DNA of 64,000 bases from an uncultured delta proteobacterium (GCA_963776345.1 CAVZMH010000017.1:1-64000), one strand, 5' to 3'; numbered from the stretch's first letter, positions 8,981-19,140 are shown. Notes: generated from the sequence alone by a model not told the origin. Numbers and translations: made by a program.

Positions 8981-10843
8981 TCAGGCTCGATTCGCGAGGC
9001 CAGGCAACGTCACGGTGAACATCGCACCGCCTATGCCGGGCCCTGGCCCGCAGAGGATCTGGCCGCCATGCGCCTCTACGATCTGCCGGCAAAGGTAGAG
9101 CCCGATCCCGGCACCCGTGGTCCCCTTCATCCCTCCGAGCCCGTGCTCGACTCGGAAGAACTTCTCGAACACGCGCTCGCGAAACGCTTCGGGAACACCC
9201 GGGCCCGAATCGATCACCCGGAGAACGGCGTCGCCACCAGCGGCGGCTCGCTCACACTCGACGACGATCGTTCCGCCCGAAGGCGTGTACTTGCCGGAAT
9301 TGGAGAGCAGGTTCGAGACCACGAACGCGAGCCGATTGACGTCGACCCGTCCCACGACCGGGGTTTCGAGGCGCGTCTCGAGCACGACGCCGCCATCCTC
9401 GCACTGCGACCGAAAGCGTTCGGTGACTCGATCCACGATTCGCGAGACGTCGACCGCCTCCAAGTTGAGCCGAAGCTGACCGGCCTCGATCCGGGTGAGG
9501 TCGAGAAACTCGTCGACCGTGGCTCCGAGCTGCCCCACTCCGACGAGCGCAGTGGCCACCAGCTCGCGCTGTCTCCCGCTGAGCGACTCCTCGCCGAGCA
9601 TCTCCAGGGTCATCTTCAGAGTAGTTACCGGGGTTCTCAGCTCGTGCGAGGCGACCCCGACCAGCTCGAGCCTCATCTCGTCGAGACGAACTAGCTCGGT
9701 CACGTCGTAGAGCACGAGAACTGCCCCCGCACGCTCCGAGCCGGAGAAGGGCACGAGCCGGGGAAGGAGTCGGCGATGCGCCACGCCGTCTCCAACCGAA
9801 AACGCCCGAGAAAGCTCGATGACTTTCGGATGCCGTTGCCGCTGCCGGAGCGCCTGGAAGATCTCCGCTTGTGCCGTCTCGGGCAATGGCAGGGCCGCGA
9901 GGCCTGGCCCGTCCGCAGCGAGGGAGGGGAAAAGCCGTCGCGCCTCGGCGTTGAACGTGACCACCGTTCCCTCGGCGTCGATCACCAGCACTGCATCCGG
10001 TAGAGCCGCGAGCGTCGACTGGAGCGTTTCGTTCGCCTTGAGCAGCTCCCCGAGGCTCGACCTGCGGAAGGTGGCCAGAGCGCTGGCCATCCGGTTGAAG
10101 CCCTCAGCGAGCCGACCAAGCTCGTCCGTGGAGTGTGCGGTGACTCGTGTCTCGAAATCCCCCGACGCGATGCGGTCGACGCTCGAGGTCAGCTCCCGAA
10201 CCGGGGTCAGAACCACGCGCCCGAGGTGAATCGCGATCAGGCCCGAGAGGATCACGGCTGCGGCGCAGATCACCGCGGCCACGATGGCTCCCCGCATGGC
10301 AGCGTCACGAGTGAACGCCGCGAACCCCCTCAGCTCCGCCGCCTGTTCGTCCCGGATCCTGTCCCCTGCATTCACCGCCTCCCGCAGCCGCGGATTCACC
10401 TCTCGGTGGTAGCGAGGCAGCGAATCGGCTCCGGGCTGGTCCTGGAGGAGAACGTCGCCGGCACGGTGGTAAGCGTCGATGGCTGCGGCGAGTTCGGCTG
10501 CGCGCCGTCGCTCCTCGGTCCCGGTCAGAGGAGACGCGAGCCTGGTGAAGGCCAGTGAGACCTCGGCCCGGCTGGCGAGCAGTCGCGCCCGCCGGTCAGT
10601 CTCACCCGGAACCAGAGCGAGGAGCAGGACATCGTCCTCCCGCTCCAGTCCGTCAGTGACCGCGTCGACTGCCACGGTCGTGGTCTCCGTGTTCCGAAGC
10701 CCTGCTCCGACGACGCGACTGAGCCGGAGGAGCATCAGGCTGGTCAACAGCCCGGCCACAATCGTGGTGATGACGAGTAGCGCACCGGCGAAGACGAATC
10801 TCGTCCGGAGCGACACGCTTCTCCTTGGGCCCGGACTCGTCAT
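8981..10843 (-). CDS. Sensor histidine kinase (HAMP, PAS, HisKA, HATPase), KinB-like
   Basis: Two TM segments, SHELRTP H-box, NLLSN, DSGPG, GAGIGL. Confidence 0.9.
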   Translation of the reverse strand: MTSPGPRRSVSLRTRFVFAGALLVITTIVAGLLTSLMLLRLSRVVGAGLRNTETTTVAVDAVTDGLEREDDVLLLALVPGETDRRARLLASRAEVSLAFTRLASPLTGTEERRRAAELAAAIDAYHRAGDVLLQDQPGADSLPRYHREVNPRLREAVNAGDRIRDEQAAELRGFAAFTRDAAMRGAIVAAVICAAAVILSGLIAIHLGRVVLTPVRELTSSVDRIASGDFETRVTAHSTDELGRLAEGFNRMASALATFRRSSLGELLKANETLQSTLAALPDAVLVIDAEGTVVTFNAEARRLFPSLAADGPGLAALPLPETAQAEIFQALRQRQRHPKVIELSRAFSVGDGVAHRRLLPRLVPFSGSERAGAVLVLYDVTELVRLDEMRLELVGVASHELRTPVTTLKMTLEMLGEESLSGRQRELVATALVGVGQLGATVDEFLDLTRIEAGQLRLNLEAVDVSRIVDRVTERFRSQCEDGGVVLETRLETPVVGRVDVNRLAFVVSNLLSNSGKYTPSGGTIVVECERAAAGGDAVLRVIDSGPGVPEAFRERVFEKFFRVEHGLGGMKGTTGAGIGLYLCRQIVEAHGGQILCGPGPGIGGAMFTVTLPGLANRA

Positions 10844-12207
10844 GCCAGGTTGTAGCGACGACGTTTTCGCAGAAGAGTGTTTTCTCCGATGCCCAGAGTA
10901 TGCGCAGCGGCTTCGATCGACGGCGCGCTGGCCAGGACCCTGGCAATGTGCTCGCGCTCGATCGCGTCCAGGGATACGGACGCCCCCAACGCCACGGCAG
11001 TCTTGCCGGGCGATGGCTGTGAAGGCGCGTCGATGTTCAGGTCTCCTCGGGTGATGATTCCGCCCTCGGACAAGATCGTCGCCCGCTCGACCGCGTTCCG
11101 CAGCTCCCGGAGATTTCCCGGCCAGTCGTAGTCGCGAATCGCCGTCTCGGCTTCGGGATGGAACTCGAGCGGGTGACCCTGCCGGCTTGCGAAGAACTTC
11201 AGGTAGTGCCGGGCGAGCGGCAATAGATCCTCGCGCCTTTCGCGGAGGGGAGGAATCAACAGGGTCAGTACGTTCAGCCGGAAGAGCAAGTCCTCCCGAA
11301 ACCGCCCCCCTTTCACTGCAGCTTCAAGATCGCGGTTCGTTGCCGCGACGAGGCGGACATCTGCTCTCCGTTCCATCGCGTCGCCAAGGCGCTCGTAGCT
11401 CCGGTCGTTGAGGAAACGGAGCAGACGCGCCTGGGCGTCTGCGGTGAGGTCTCCAACCTCGTCCAGAAAGAGCGTTCCTCCCTCTGCCTCCTGCACCTTT
11501 CCGAGCGCGTCCGAGATCGCCCCGGTGAAGGCACCACGCCGGTGTCCGAAGAGAGTGCTGGACATCAGTTCGCTCGACAGGCCCGGGCAGTTGACACTCA
11601 CGAAAGCCGCGTCCCTCCGAGGCGAGCGCGCACGGATCCAGCGAGCGAGCACGTTCTTCCCCGTGCCGCTCTCCCCTCGAAGCAGCACCACCGCCTCCGA
11701 TGCCGCCGCGCGAGCGGCAGTCTGGAGAAATGCGCGGAAGCGCGGACTCTCGGTCTCGAAGAATTCGTCGGCTTCGCTCGCGTTGAGCTGGTCCTGCAAC
11801 TCAGCCAGGCGTCTCTTGAGGAGGCTGGCTTCCACGACTCGTCTTGCCGCCAACCTCACCTGTTCGGGGGAGAAGGGTTTCGGTAGGTAGTCCGAGGCCC
11901 CCAGCCGCATTGCCTCGACCGCGGTCTCGAAAGTAGCGAACGCAGTGATTACGACGATCGGAAGGTCAGGACGCCGACGCAGGAGTTCGGGGATAAGCGC
12001 CAGACTGTTCTGGGCCCCCAGCCAGAGGTCGAGGAAGAGGACGTCGAAGCGGGCACGGTCGACGGCCTCGATCGCGCCGTTTCCGGTCGCGACACCCAGC
12101 ACCCGCGCGCCCGCGGCCTCGAGGCACAGCCGGAGTGACTGCCTCACCCCGGCGTCGTCGTCCGCGACGAGTGCGGCCCATGACGTCTGCAGAGGTCCGT
12201 CCTGCAC
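10840..12207 (-). CDS. Sigma54-dependent response regulator (REC-AAA-HTH), AlgB-like
   Basis: REC domain, GESGTGK, GAFTGA, WPGNLREL; 4-bp overlap with kinase. Confidence 0.92.
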   Translation of the reverse strand: MQDGPLQTSWAALVADDDAGVRQSLRLCLEAAGARVLGVATGNGAIEAVDRARFDVLFLDLWLGAQNSLALIPELLRRRPDLPIVVITAFATFETAVEAMRLGASDYLPKPFSPEQVRLAARRVVEASLLKRRLAELQDQLNASEADEFFETESPRFRAFLQTAARAAASEAVVLLRGESGTGKNVLARWIRARSPRRDAAFVSVNCPGLSSELMSSTLFGHRRGAFTGAISDALGKVQEAEGGTLFLDEVGDLTADAQARLLRFLNDRSYERLGDAMERRADVRLVAATNRDLEAAVKGGRFREDLLFRLNVLTLLIPPLRERREDLLPLARHYLKFFASRQGHPLEFHPEAETAIRDYDWPGNLRELRNAVERATILSEGGIITRGDLNIDAPSQPSPGKTAVALGASVSLDAIEREHIARVLASAPSIEAAAHTLGIGENTLLRKRRRYNLA

Positions 12208-12276
12208 TATCGGCGGGATAGCACAAACCGTACCCGTTCCGGTCCGGAGGCCCTACGCCAGCGAGTCCCGAGCGTT

Positions 12277-12291
12277 CCGCCAGAATGGCGG
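12277..12291. promoter_or_regulatory. Inverted repeat CCGCCA-N3-TGGCGG, candidate enhancer site
   Basis: Perfect 6-bp inverted repeat about 85-100 bp upstream of the sigma54 site. Confidence 0.4.
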
Positions 12292-12374
12292 TTCGAGCAG
12301 GTGAGCGGCCCACCGATTCGGCTGAACGATGCGCGCAGGCCTTTGGATTCCGCGGGCGGGGCTGGAGAGCCGAA

Positions 12375-12390
12375 TGGCATGCGCCTTGCG
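12375..12390 (+). promoter_or_regulatory. Sigma54 -24/-12 promoter
   Basis: TGGCAT-GCGCC-TTGCG, GG-N10-GC, near consensus; divergent from a sigma54 activator gene. Confidence 0.7.
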
Positions 12391-12451
12391 AAGCCCTTGG
12401 GGCAGACCGCATCGTGATTCGTGCGGGCGGGTTCGCAGGACCGAGGCGTAC

Positions 12452-12652
12452 ATGCTCGCCGTCTTCTGCACCGATTGCGGTGCCAGGGCTCACCTCCAGA
12501 ATCAATCTGGGAGCGTTTCCACGACCGTCGGAGGTCAGCCCCGGTTCTTGTGCGGCACCTGCGCGAGAAAGTTCACCAAGCGGGAGAGCGCGGTGACCTA
12601 TCTGAAGACCAAACCCCCGGTCCGCCCGCCAGAGGATCTCACCGGGCTCTGA
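12452..12652 (+). CDS. Small putative zinc-ribbon protein (66 aa)
   Basis: CTDC...CGTC; GAGG RBS; downstream of the sigma54 site. Confidence 0.5.
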   Translation: MLAVFCTDCGARAHLQNQSGSVSTTVGGQPRFLCGTCARKFTKRESAVTYLKTKPPVRPPEDLTGL

Positions 12653-12711
12653 TGACCTGGGCGACCACCTCCGAGGCGGACATCTTCGGACGGTGTCCCC
12701 CTTGCGGGTCG

Positions 12712-13197
12712 ATGCGCCGTCGGGTTCTCGCTGGCTCGTTCGTCATTCTCCTCGGGTGTGCGTCCAGCCGCCCCGGGGAGAATGTGGAACAGGCCCGAGT
12801 GACCGAATCCAAGTGCTCCGAGGCGGACCGAGAGAGGGCAGGGTCTGTCACCGCGCACATCGTCAAGCGAGTCGACCCCGAGTACGTCAGCGTGCACGTG
12901 GGAAAGGGCCTCGGAGACGAGCAGCTCGTCGGCGCTCGCGTCGCTTTCCGTGTGCCCGCGGACTGGGCTGTTGGAGTTCTGGTTCAGGCAGCCCGCTGCT
13001 CGCAAGCCGCCTTCTTGCTTCGGGGGACGGTCTCGGCACCGATCGACCATCTCTGGGAACCGGGGACCTGGATCGATGTCAAGGCCGTGGGTGGAGTCAG
13101 CTCCTCACGGGAGGCGCAGGTCGTTCTGAAGACGGTCACAGGCGACGCAGCCGAGCGGCTTCTCGAGCGCGTTCGCGCCTTCGCCATCCAACGCTGA
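12712..13197 (+). CDS. Hypothetical lipoprotein
   Basis: MRRRVLAGSFVILLGC lipobox-type signal. Confidence 0.55.
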   Translation: MRRRVLAGSFVILLGCASSRPGENVEQARVTESKCSEADRERAGSVTAHIVKRVDPEYVSVHVGKGLGDEQLVGARVAFRVPADWAVGVLVQAARCSQAAFLLRGTVSAPIDHLWEPGTWIDVKAVGGVSSSREAQVVLKTVTGDAAERLLERVRAFAIQR

Positions 13198-13246
13198 TGG
13201 TCGCCCCGCGTGGGGACACGGAGTCTCGCGCCGGCGTTCGGAAGCG

Positions 13247-14044
13247 GTGAGCGACCACACCATTCCCAAGGAGCTGGTGACTCTTCGAGCCTCGCTCGAG
13301 CTCGCCAAGCGCGCGGGGCTGTGGCTCGGCGACATCGATGCGCTCTTGCCAACCGGCTTTGCTCCGCATCATCGGCCACGAACGCGTGCCCTCTCGACCG
13401 ACGAGCTCGGCCAGCTGCTGGCCCTCCTGCCGCCAGCCCGAGCCGCGCAGGTGGGCTTCATCGTGGCGACGTCCGCTTGCTGGAGCGAAGCGGTGAAGGC
13501 TCGCCGCAGCGACGTTCAGCTCGATTCAGGCTGGGTCCACATCCGCGGCACCAAGCGGGCTGCCAGAGATCGGCACATCCTCGTCCGACACCCCGCTCTC
13601 GCCAGCCTGCTCGCGTACGCGCTCAAGCACGCTCCTGGCGAGGACCTGCTCTTCCCCTCCTGGAGCAACGTCCGCCGCGATCTCCTCATCGCCTGCCAGC
13701 AGGCCGGCATCGAGCCCTGCTCTCCGAACGACCTGCGCCGCACCTACGCCAAGTGGATGCGACTCGCACGAGTTCCGGCTGAAGTTGTTGCTCCAACCAT
13801 GGGCCACCGGGACACGCGCATGGTCGAGCGCGTCTATGGCCGCCTGTCGCCTGAGGAAATCGGCGCGCTGCTCACGGCCCACTTCGCTCCGGACTGCATC
13901 ACCGGTGCATCAAACAGCGTGGATTCGGCCGGAAAACGTGGACGGAATGGACGCTCGCGCCGCGCCAACCCAGCGAAAACAGTGCCCAGGGGCGGAATCG
14001 AACCACCGACACGGGGATTTTCAGTCCCCTGCTCTACCAACTGA
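13247..14044 (+). pseudogene. Tyrosine integrase, 5'-truncated (copy A); ORF runs antisense into tRNA-Phe
   Basis: Same motifs as copy B; ends VPRGGIEPPTRGFSVPCSTN. Confidence 0.8.
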
Positions 14045-14055
14045 GCTACCTGGGC
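13983..14055 (-). tRNA. tRNA-Phe (GAA), CCA not encoded
   Basis: GCCCAGGTAGCTCAGTTGGTAGAGC-AGGGGACTGAAAATCCCC-GTGTCGGTGGTTCGATTCCGCCCCTGGGCA cloverleaf. Confidence 0.97.
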
Positions 14056-14142
14056 GTGTGACACCCCCCGCGCCGCAACCCGCCAGACACGAGGGCGCGC
14101 AGGAATAGGACGCAGTTCCCCGCCAGTCAAGCAGGGGACGCC

Positions 14143-14562
14143 CTAGTGAAGGGAGGCGCCGAGCGAGGAGCTCGCCGAGGCGAGGAGCGAGTCCAGCTCG
14201 CCCGGCTCGATGGGCTTGGCCAGCCGCCCGGAGACCAGGGGATGCTCCGGTGCCACCTGCTCCAGCGCACTGTGCGCCGAGCAGAGGATGAACCGCACGC
14301 GGGCGCCGACCCGGCGAGCGAGACCGTACAGCAGCTCGATGCCGCTCATCCCGGGGAGCATCAGATCGAGCACCACGATCACCGGCGCGTCGTCGGCCAC
14401 GGCGCGCTCGAAGAAGCGGAGCGTCTCGGTCGCGTTGCAGGCGCTGAGCACGGTGTAGCCGCGGCGCTCGACCTCCTCGCTCAGGAGCCGGCGAAAGAAC
14501 GCCTCGTCGTCCACCACGAGCACGTACGGCGTGCGATCGTTCGGGGCAGAAGCGTCGTCCAC
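14143..14562 (-). CDS. Single-domain response regulator
   Basis: VLVVDDE, LDLMLPGMSG, KP motifs; start uncertain. Confidence 0.8.
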   Translation of the reverse strand: MDDASAPNDRTPYVLVVDDEAFFRRLLSEEVERRGYTVLSACNATETLRFFERAVADDAPVIVVLDLMLPGMSGIELLYGLARRVGARVRFILCSAHSALEQVAPEHPLVSGRLAKPIEPGELDSLLASASSSLGASLH

Positions 14563-14951
14563 GGCTGGAATGGTAGCGCAGCTTTCTCCCCCGGCGAAGA
14601 TCCGGAACCGGGGACGGAAGGTGCGACGCGGGCCCTGTCCCACTCCTGCTCAGACGGACGCAGGGTCCTGACGCCCGGCCGTTACGAAGTCAGGGGCGCC
14701 TCCCCACCGTGGCCAGATGTCCCACCTCGGCCGCCTGCTCGCCCTCGCCTTCGAGCCGCGCCTCGCACCGGGCGGCGTTGGGTCCCGATTCCTCTGACTG
14801 GAGTTTACGCAATCCGAGCGCGGGCACGCTCCGGCGCTCCGGGCCCATCCAGCACCGAGGGCGACAGTCCTCACCACTCCGACTCAGGTCGGCGCGGACT
14901 CTCTACACACGATGGGTCGAGTGGGCGAATGATCGGGGGCAAGGCTGATCG

Positions 14952-15326
14952 ATGGACCGCACCACCGTCCTCTTCGTCGACGACGACGACTTCATCCGCG
15001 GCGCTTACGGCGACCTGCTTCGCGACGAGGGCTTCTCGGTGGTGGAGGCCGCCGACGGCTGCGAGGCGCTCCAGGCCGCGAGCGCGATCTCCGGCGACGT
15101 GCTCCTGGTCCTCGACGAGATGATGCCCTGCATGCGGGGGAGCGAGGTGCTGGAGCGGCTCGACCGCCGCTCCGACGCGGCCCGCTTCCGCGTGGTGATC
15201 ATCTCCGGCTCCGGGGGCTCCCAGGTCCACACCCTCCCCCGGCGAGGCATTCGCATCCACGCGGTGGTGGAGAAGCCGTTCACCGCCGAGGAGCTGCTGA
15301 GCGCGCTCCACCGGCTGGCCGCCTGA
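14952..15326 (+). CDS. Single-domain response regulator
   Basis: LFVDDD, LDEMMP, KPF motifs. Confidence 0.8.
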   Translation: MDRTTVLFVDDDDFIRGAYGDLLRDEGFSVVEAADGCEALQAASAISGDVLLVLDEMMPCMRGSEVLERLDRRSDAARFRVVIISGSGGSQVHTLPRRGIRIHAVVEKPFTAEELLSALHRLAA

Positions 15327-15389
15327 CGTCGCTCGCCGAGGGCCGGGCGCCAGGGATGGGCCCGAGGCCGGTTCGGCCCGCGTCCTGCG

Positions 15390-15665
15390 TCAACGGGGTT
15401 GCGCGTCCGCACCAGGGCCGAGCTTCCGCTCGTGCCGGCGAATCTCCGCGATCAGGAACGCGGCCGCGGCGGCGACGACCCCCGCATCGTCGAGCCAGCC
15501 CAGCACCGGGATGCCGTCGGGGATGAGGTCCAGCGGCCAGAGCACGTACGCCACCGCCGCCACCCCGGCCAGCTTCCGCCACGCCGCCACGCCCGGGTCG
15601 CGCAGGTAGCGCCAGAGCTTGGTGACGGTCCGGGTCCGTCCGAGCGCCCCTCCAGGCCCCGCCAT
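15390..15665 (-). CDS. YkvA/DUF1232 family membrane protein
   Basis: YVLWPLDLIPDGIPVLGWLDD motif. Confidence 0.8.
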   Translation of the reverse strand: MAGPGGALGRTRTVTKLWRYLRDPGVAAWRKLAGVAAVAYVLWPLDLIPDGIPVLGWLDDAGVVAAAAAFLIAEIRRHERKLGPGADAQPR

Positions 15666-15668
15666 GGC

Positions 15669-18365
15669 TCAGGGCTCCCCGCCCTCGGTGGGCTCTGGGG
15701 CCGGCGGGCCAATCTCCTCGCCGTTCCCGCCCTCACCGTTCTCCTCGGTGGCCTCGGGCAGCTTGGAGATACCGCTGACCTTCTCCCCCGCGCTCTCCAG
15801 GCTGATCAGCCTCACCCCTTGGGTGTTGCGGCCGATGACCGAGATGTCGTGGACCTTGATCCGGATCAACATCCCGCCGCTGGTGACCAGCATCACCTCG
15901 TCGCGATCCTTCACCTGGGCCAGGCCGACCACCTTGCCGTTTCGCTCGGTGGTCTTGATGTCGATGATGCCCTTGCCGCCGCGGCCCTGGATCCGGTACT
16001 CGGCCTCCTCGGTGCGCTTGCCGTACCCGTTCTCGGTGACGGTGAGGATGGTCGAGCCCGGCTCCACCACGTCGGCGCCGACCACCTCGTCGCCGTCCTC
16101 GAGGGTGATGCCCTTCACCCCGTAGGCCTGCCGGCCCATGGAGCGAACCTCGGCCTCGCCGAAGCGGATGCTCATCCCCTGGGCGGTGGAGAGGAGGATG
16201 TCCTTGCTCCCGTCGGTGATGAAGACCGCCACCAGCGAGTCGCCATCCTCCACCCCGAGCGCGATGATCCCCGCCGAGCGCACGTTGGCGAAGGCGTTGA
16301 GGTCGGTGCGCTTCACCACGCCCTTCCGGGTGACGAAGAAGACGAACCGGCTCTCCTCGAACTCCCGGGTGACGAGGATCGACGCCAGCTTCTCGCCCTC
16401 GCCCATCTGGACCAGGTTGATGATCGGCTTGCCCCGCGCGGTGCGGCTGGCGGCGGGGATCTCGTGCACCTTGAGCCAGTAGAGCTTGCCCCGGGTGGTG
16501 ATGGGCATGAGATACGCGTGGGTGCTGGCGACGAAGAGGTCGGAGACGAAGTCGTCCTCCTTCATCGACGCACCGGTCTTCCCCCGGCCGCCGCGGCGCT
16601 GCGACCGGTACTCCGACAGCGGGCTGCGCTTCACGTACCCGGCGTGGGACACGGTGACCACCATGTCCTCCTCGGCGATCAGGTCCTCGCTGGTCAGCTC
16701 GGAGGCCTCGCCGGTGATCTCGGTGCGCCGGTCGTCGCCGAACTTCTCGCGCACCTCGTGGAGCTCGGACCTGACCACCTCGAGCAGGGACGCCTCGTTC
16801 TCGAGGATGTCGCGCAGCCGGGCGATCTCCCGGGTGAGCGAGATCAGCTCGGTGAACAGCTCCTCGCGCTGGATTCCGGTGAGCCGCTGCAGCCGCATCT
16901 CGAGGATCTGCTTGGCCTGCTCCTCGCTGAACCCGCCGTCCTCGTAGCGGTGCTGGAGGCCGGCGTACCTCGGCTCCTCGGCCCGGGCCCGCGCCACCAG
17001 CTGCTCCATCTGCGCCCTGGCCGCCTCGAGGTCCAGCCGGGGCAGCTCGCTGAACCGCTGGTGCTCGTAGAGCGACGGCGAGAGGACGTGCATCAGGCCC
17101 CACCGCGCCTCGTCCGGATCGCGCGAGCGGCGGATGATGGTGATGACCAGATCGATGATGTCCTGCGCGACCAGCAGGCCTTCCACCACGTGGATGCGTC
17201 GCTCGGCGTTGCGCAGCTCGAAGCGGCTGCGGCGAGTGACCACCTCCCGGCGGTGGCTGACGAACCGCTCCAGCAGCTCCCTGAGGTTCAGGGTCCGGGG
17301 CTGGCCGCCGTCGATCGCCAGGAGCACGATGCCGAAGGTCGTCTGCAGCGGCGTGTTGGCGAAGAGGTTGTTCAGCACCACGCCGGAGATGGCGTCGCGC
17401 TTCAGCTCGATGACCAGGCGCATGCCGCGACGGTCCGACTCGTCGCGGATCTGGCTGATGCCCTCGATCTTCTTGTCCCGGACCAGCTCGGCGATCTTCT
17501 CGGTGAGCCGGGCCTTGTTCACCTGGTAGGGGAGCTCGCTGACGATGATGGCCTCGCGCTCGCCCTTGGCGGAGATCTCGATCTCGTGCCGGGCCCGCAG
17601 GATGATCTGCCCGCGGCCGGTCTCGTAGGCCCGCTGGATGCCCTCGCGGCCAAGGATGAACCCCGCGGTGGGGAAGTCCGGGCCGGGGATGTGCTGCATC
17701 AGCTCGCGGACGCTCGCCTTCGGGTGGTCGATCAGGTGCAGCGTGCCGTCGATGACCTCGCGCATGTTGTGCGGCGGGACGTTGGTGGTCATGCCCACCG
17801 CGATGCCCGCGCTCCCGTTCACCAGGAGGTTGGGGAAGCGGGTGGGGAGGACCAGCGGCTCCTTGGTGGAGTCGTCGAAGTTCGGGCCGAAGTCGACGGT
17901 CTCCTTGTCGATGTCGGCGAGCATGGCCTCGGCCAGCTCGGTCATCCGGCACTCGGTGTACCGGTAGGCGGCGGCCGAGTCCCCGTCGACGCTGCCGAAG
18001 TTCCCCTGCCCGTCCACGAGCAGGTAGCGCATGTTCCACGGCTGGGCGAGGCGGACCAGGGCGTCGTAGACGCTCGCGTCGCCGTGCGGGTGGTACTTCT
18101 TGAGCACCTCGCCGACCACGCCCGCGCACTTGCTGTACTTGCGGTTGTGGAGGAGCCCCTCGTCCTGCATCGCGTACAGGATGCGGCGGTGCACGGGCTT
18201 GAGGCCGTCACGCACGTCGGGGAGCGCCCGACCCACGATGACGGACATCGAGTAGTCGAGATAGCTCCTGCGCATCTCGTCCTCGATGTTGATCGGGACG
18301 AGGTCGCCGGCGCCGCCGCCCGGTGGAGTCGGGGGCGCGGGAGGGATCGGAAGGTCGTCGGACAT
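15669..18365 (-). CDS. gyrA: DNA gyrase subunit A
   Basis: [22 protein letters not shown], GyrA-box QRRGGRG, C-terminal pinwheel repeats. Confidence 0.98.
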   Translation of the reverse strand: MSDDLPIPPAPPTPPGGGAGDLVPINIEDEMRRSYLDYSMSVIVGRALPDVRDGLKPVHRRILYAMQDEGLLHNRKYSKCAGVVGEVLKKYHPHGDASVYDALVRLAQPWNMRYLLVDGQGNFGSVDGDSAAAYRYTECRMTELAEAMLADIDKETVDFGPNFDDSTKEPLVLPTRFPNLLVNGSAGIAVGMTTNVPPHNMREVIDGTLHLIDHPKASVRELMQHIPGPDFPTAGFILGREGIQRAYETGRGQIILRARHEIEISAKGEREAIIVSELPYQVNKARLTEKIAELVRDKKIEGISQIRDESDRRGMRLVIELKRDAISGVVLNNLFANTPLQTTFGIVLLAIDGGQPRTLNLRELLERFVSHRREVVTRRSRFELRNAERRIHVVEGLLVAQDIIDLVITIIRRSRDPDEARWGLMHVLSPSLYEHQRFSELPRLDLEAARAQMEQLVARARAEEPRYAGLQHRYEDGGFSEEQAKQILEMRLQRLTGIQREELFTELISLTREIARLRDILENEASLLEVVRSELHEVREKFGDDRRTEITGEASELTSEDLIAEEDMVVTVSHAGYVKRSPLSEYRSQRRGGRGKTGASMKEDDFVSDLFVASTHAYLMPITTRGKLYWLKVHEIPAASRTARGKPIINLVQMGEGEKLASILVTREFEESRFVFFVTRKGVVKRTDLNAFANVRSAGIIALGVEDGDSLVAVFITDGSKDILLSTAQGMSIRFGEAEVRSMGRQAYGVKGITLEDGDEVVGADVVEPGSTILTVTENGYGKRTEEAEYRIQGRGGKGIIDIKTTERNGKVVGLAQVKDRDEVMLVTSGGMLIRIKVHDISVIGRNTQGVRLISLESAGEKVSGISKLPEATEENGEGGNGEEIGPPAPEPTEGGEP

Positions 18366-18405
18366 GAGGGGGCTTCTCCCTACCTAACTGCCCGGAACCC
18401 TTGGG

Positions 18406-19140
18406 TCAATCGGCTTCGGTGTTTGGCACCCCGGGGCCGGCCCCGGGCCCGAAACCCCGGCGCTGGAAGGCCTCCCGGACCCGATCTCTCCGCTCTTCCT
18501 GGACCCGGGCCCGGTCGGCCCGGACGCCGCTCACCAGGGCTCCAGGAGCCTCCCGCGGGGACCCACCCCGGAAGGGCGGCGACGGGTCGTACTCCACCAT
18601 CAGCTGGATGCGCTCGGCGACCTCGCGGCCGCGCAGCTCGGCGACCAGGGTGAGCGCGAAGTCGATGCCCGCGGTCACCCCGCCGCCGGTGATGCGGTTC
18701 CGGTCGCGGACCACCCGCGCCTCGACCGGCGTCGCGCCGAGCTCGGGAAGGAGGTCGAGCGAGAGCCAGTGGGTGGTTGCGCGATAGCCGCGGAGCAGCC
18801 CGGCCGCGCCCAGCACCAGCGCCCCGGTGCAGACGCTGGTGACCCACGCCGCGGACGCCCCACGCCTGGCGACGAAGTCGAGCACGGCGTCGTCCGGGAG
18901 GAGCGCGTTCACCCCCACTCCGCCGGGGATGCAGAGGATGTCGAGCGGCGGAGCCTCGTCGAGCGTGCAGTCGGTGCCGAGCGACAGCCCCCACTCGCTC
19001 CGGATCGGCCCGGGCCTGGTCCCGACCAGCACCACCCGCATCCCCGGCGCGCGGGAGAAGACCTCGTAGGGGCCGGTCAGATCGAGCTGGGTGAGGTCGG
19101 GGAAGACGAGCAGGCCGACGGTCAGGGGCTGCTGAACCAT
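18406..19140 (-). CDS. DJ-1/PfpI family protein (isonitrile hydratase-like)
   Basis: QLDLTGP, SVCTG, TGGGVTAGIDF, EYDP motifs. Confidence 0.88.
   Translation of the reverse strand: MVQQPLTVGLLVFPDLTQLDLTGPYEVFSRAPGMRVVLVGTRPGPIRSEWGLSLGTDCTLDEAPPLDILCIPGGVGVNALLPDDAVLDFVARRGASAAWVTSVCTGALVLGAAGLLRGYRATTHWLSLDLLPELGATPVEARVVRDRNRITGGGVTAGIDFALTLVAELRGREVAERIQLMVEYDPSPPFRGGSPREAPGALVSGVRADRARVQEERRDRVREAFQRRGFGPGAGPGVPNTEAD

Larger units (their letters stand above)
5349..14029. mobile_element. Genomic island A at tRNA-Phe (ArsN-like GNAT, mgtA, two-component system, truncated integrase)
   Basis: Bounded by exact 47-bp direct repeats; integrase next to the intact tRNA. Confidence 0.9.

Noticed and set aside
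15399..18653. Long antisense ORFs (also 30717-33635, 49500-52310, 53442-56444)
   Set aside because: High-GC shadow frames of well-supported genes on the opposite strand.
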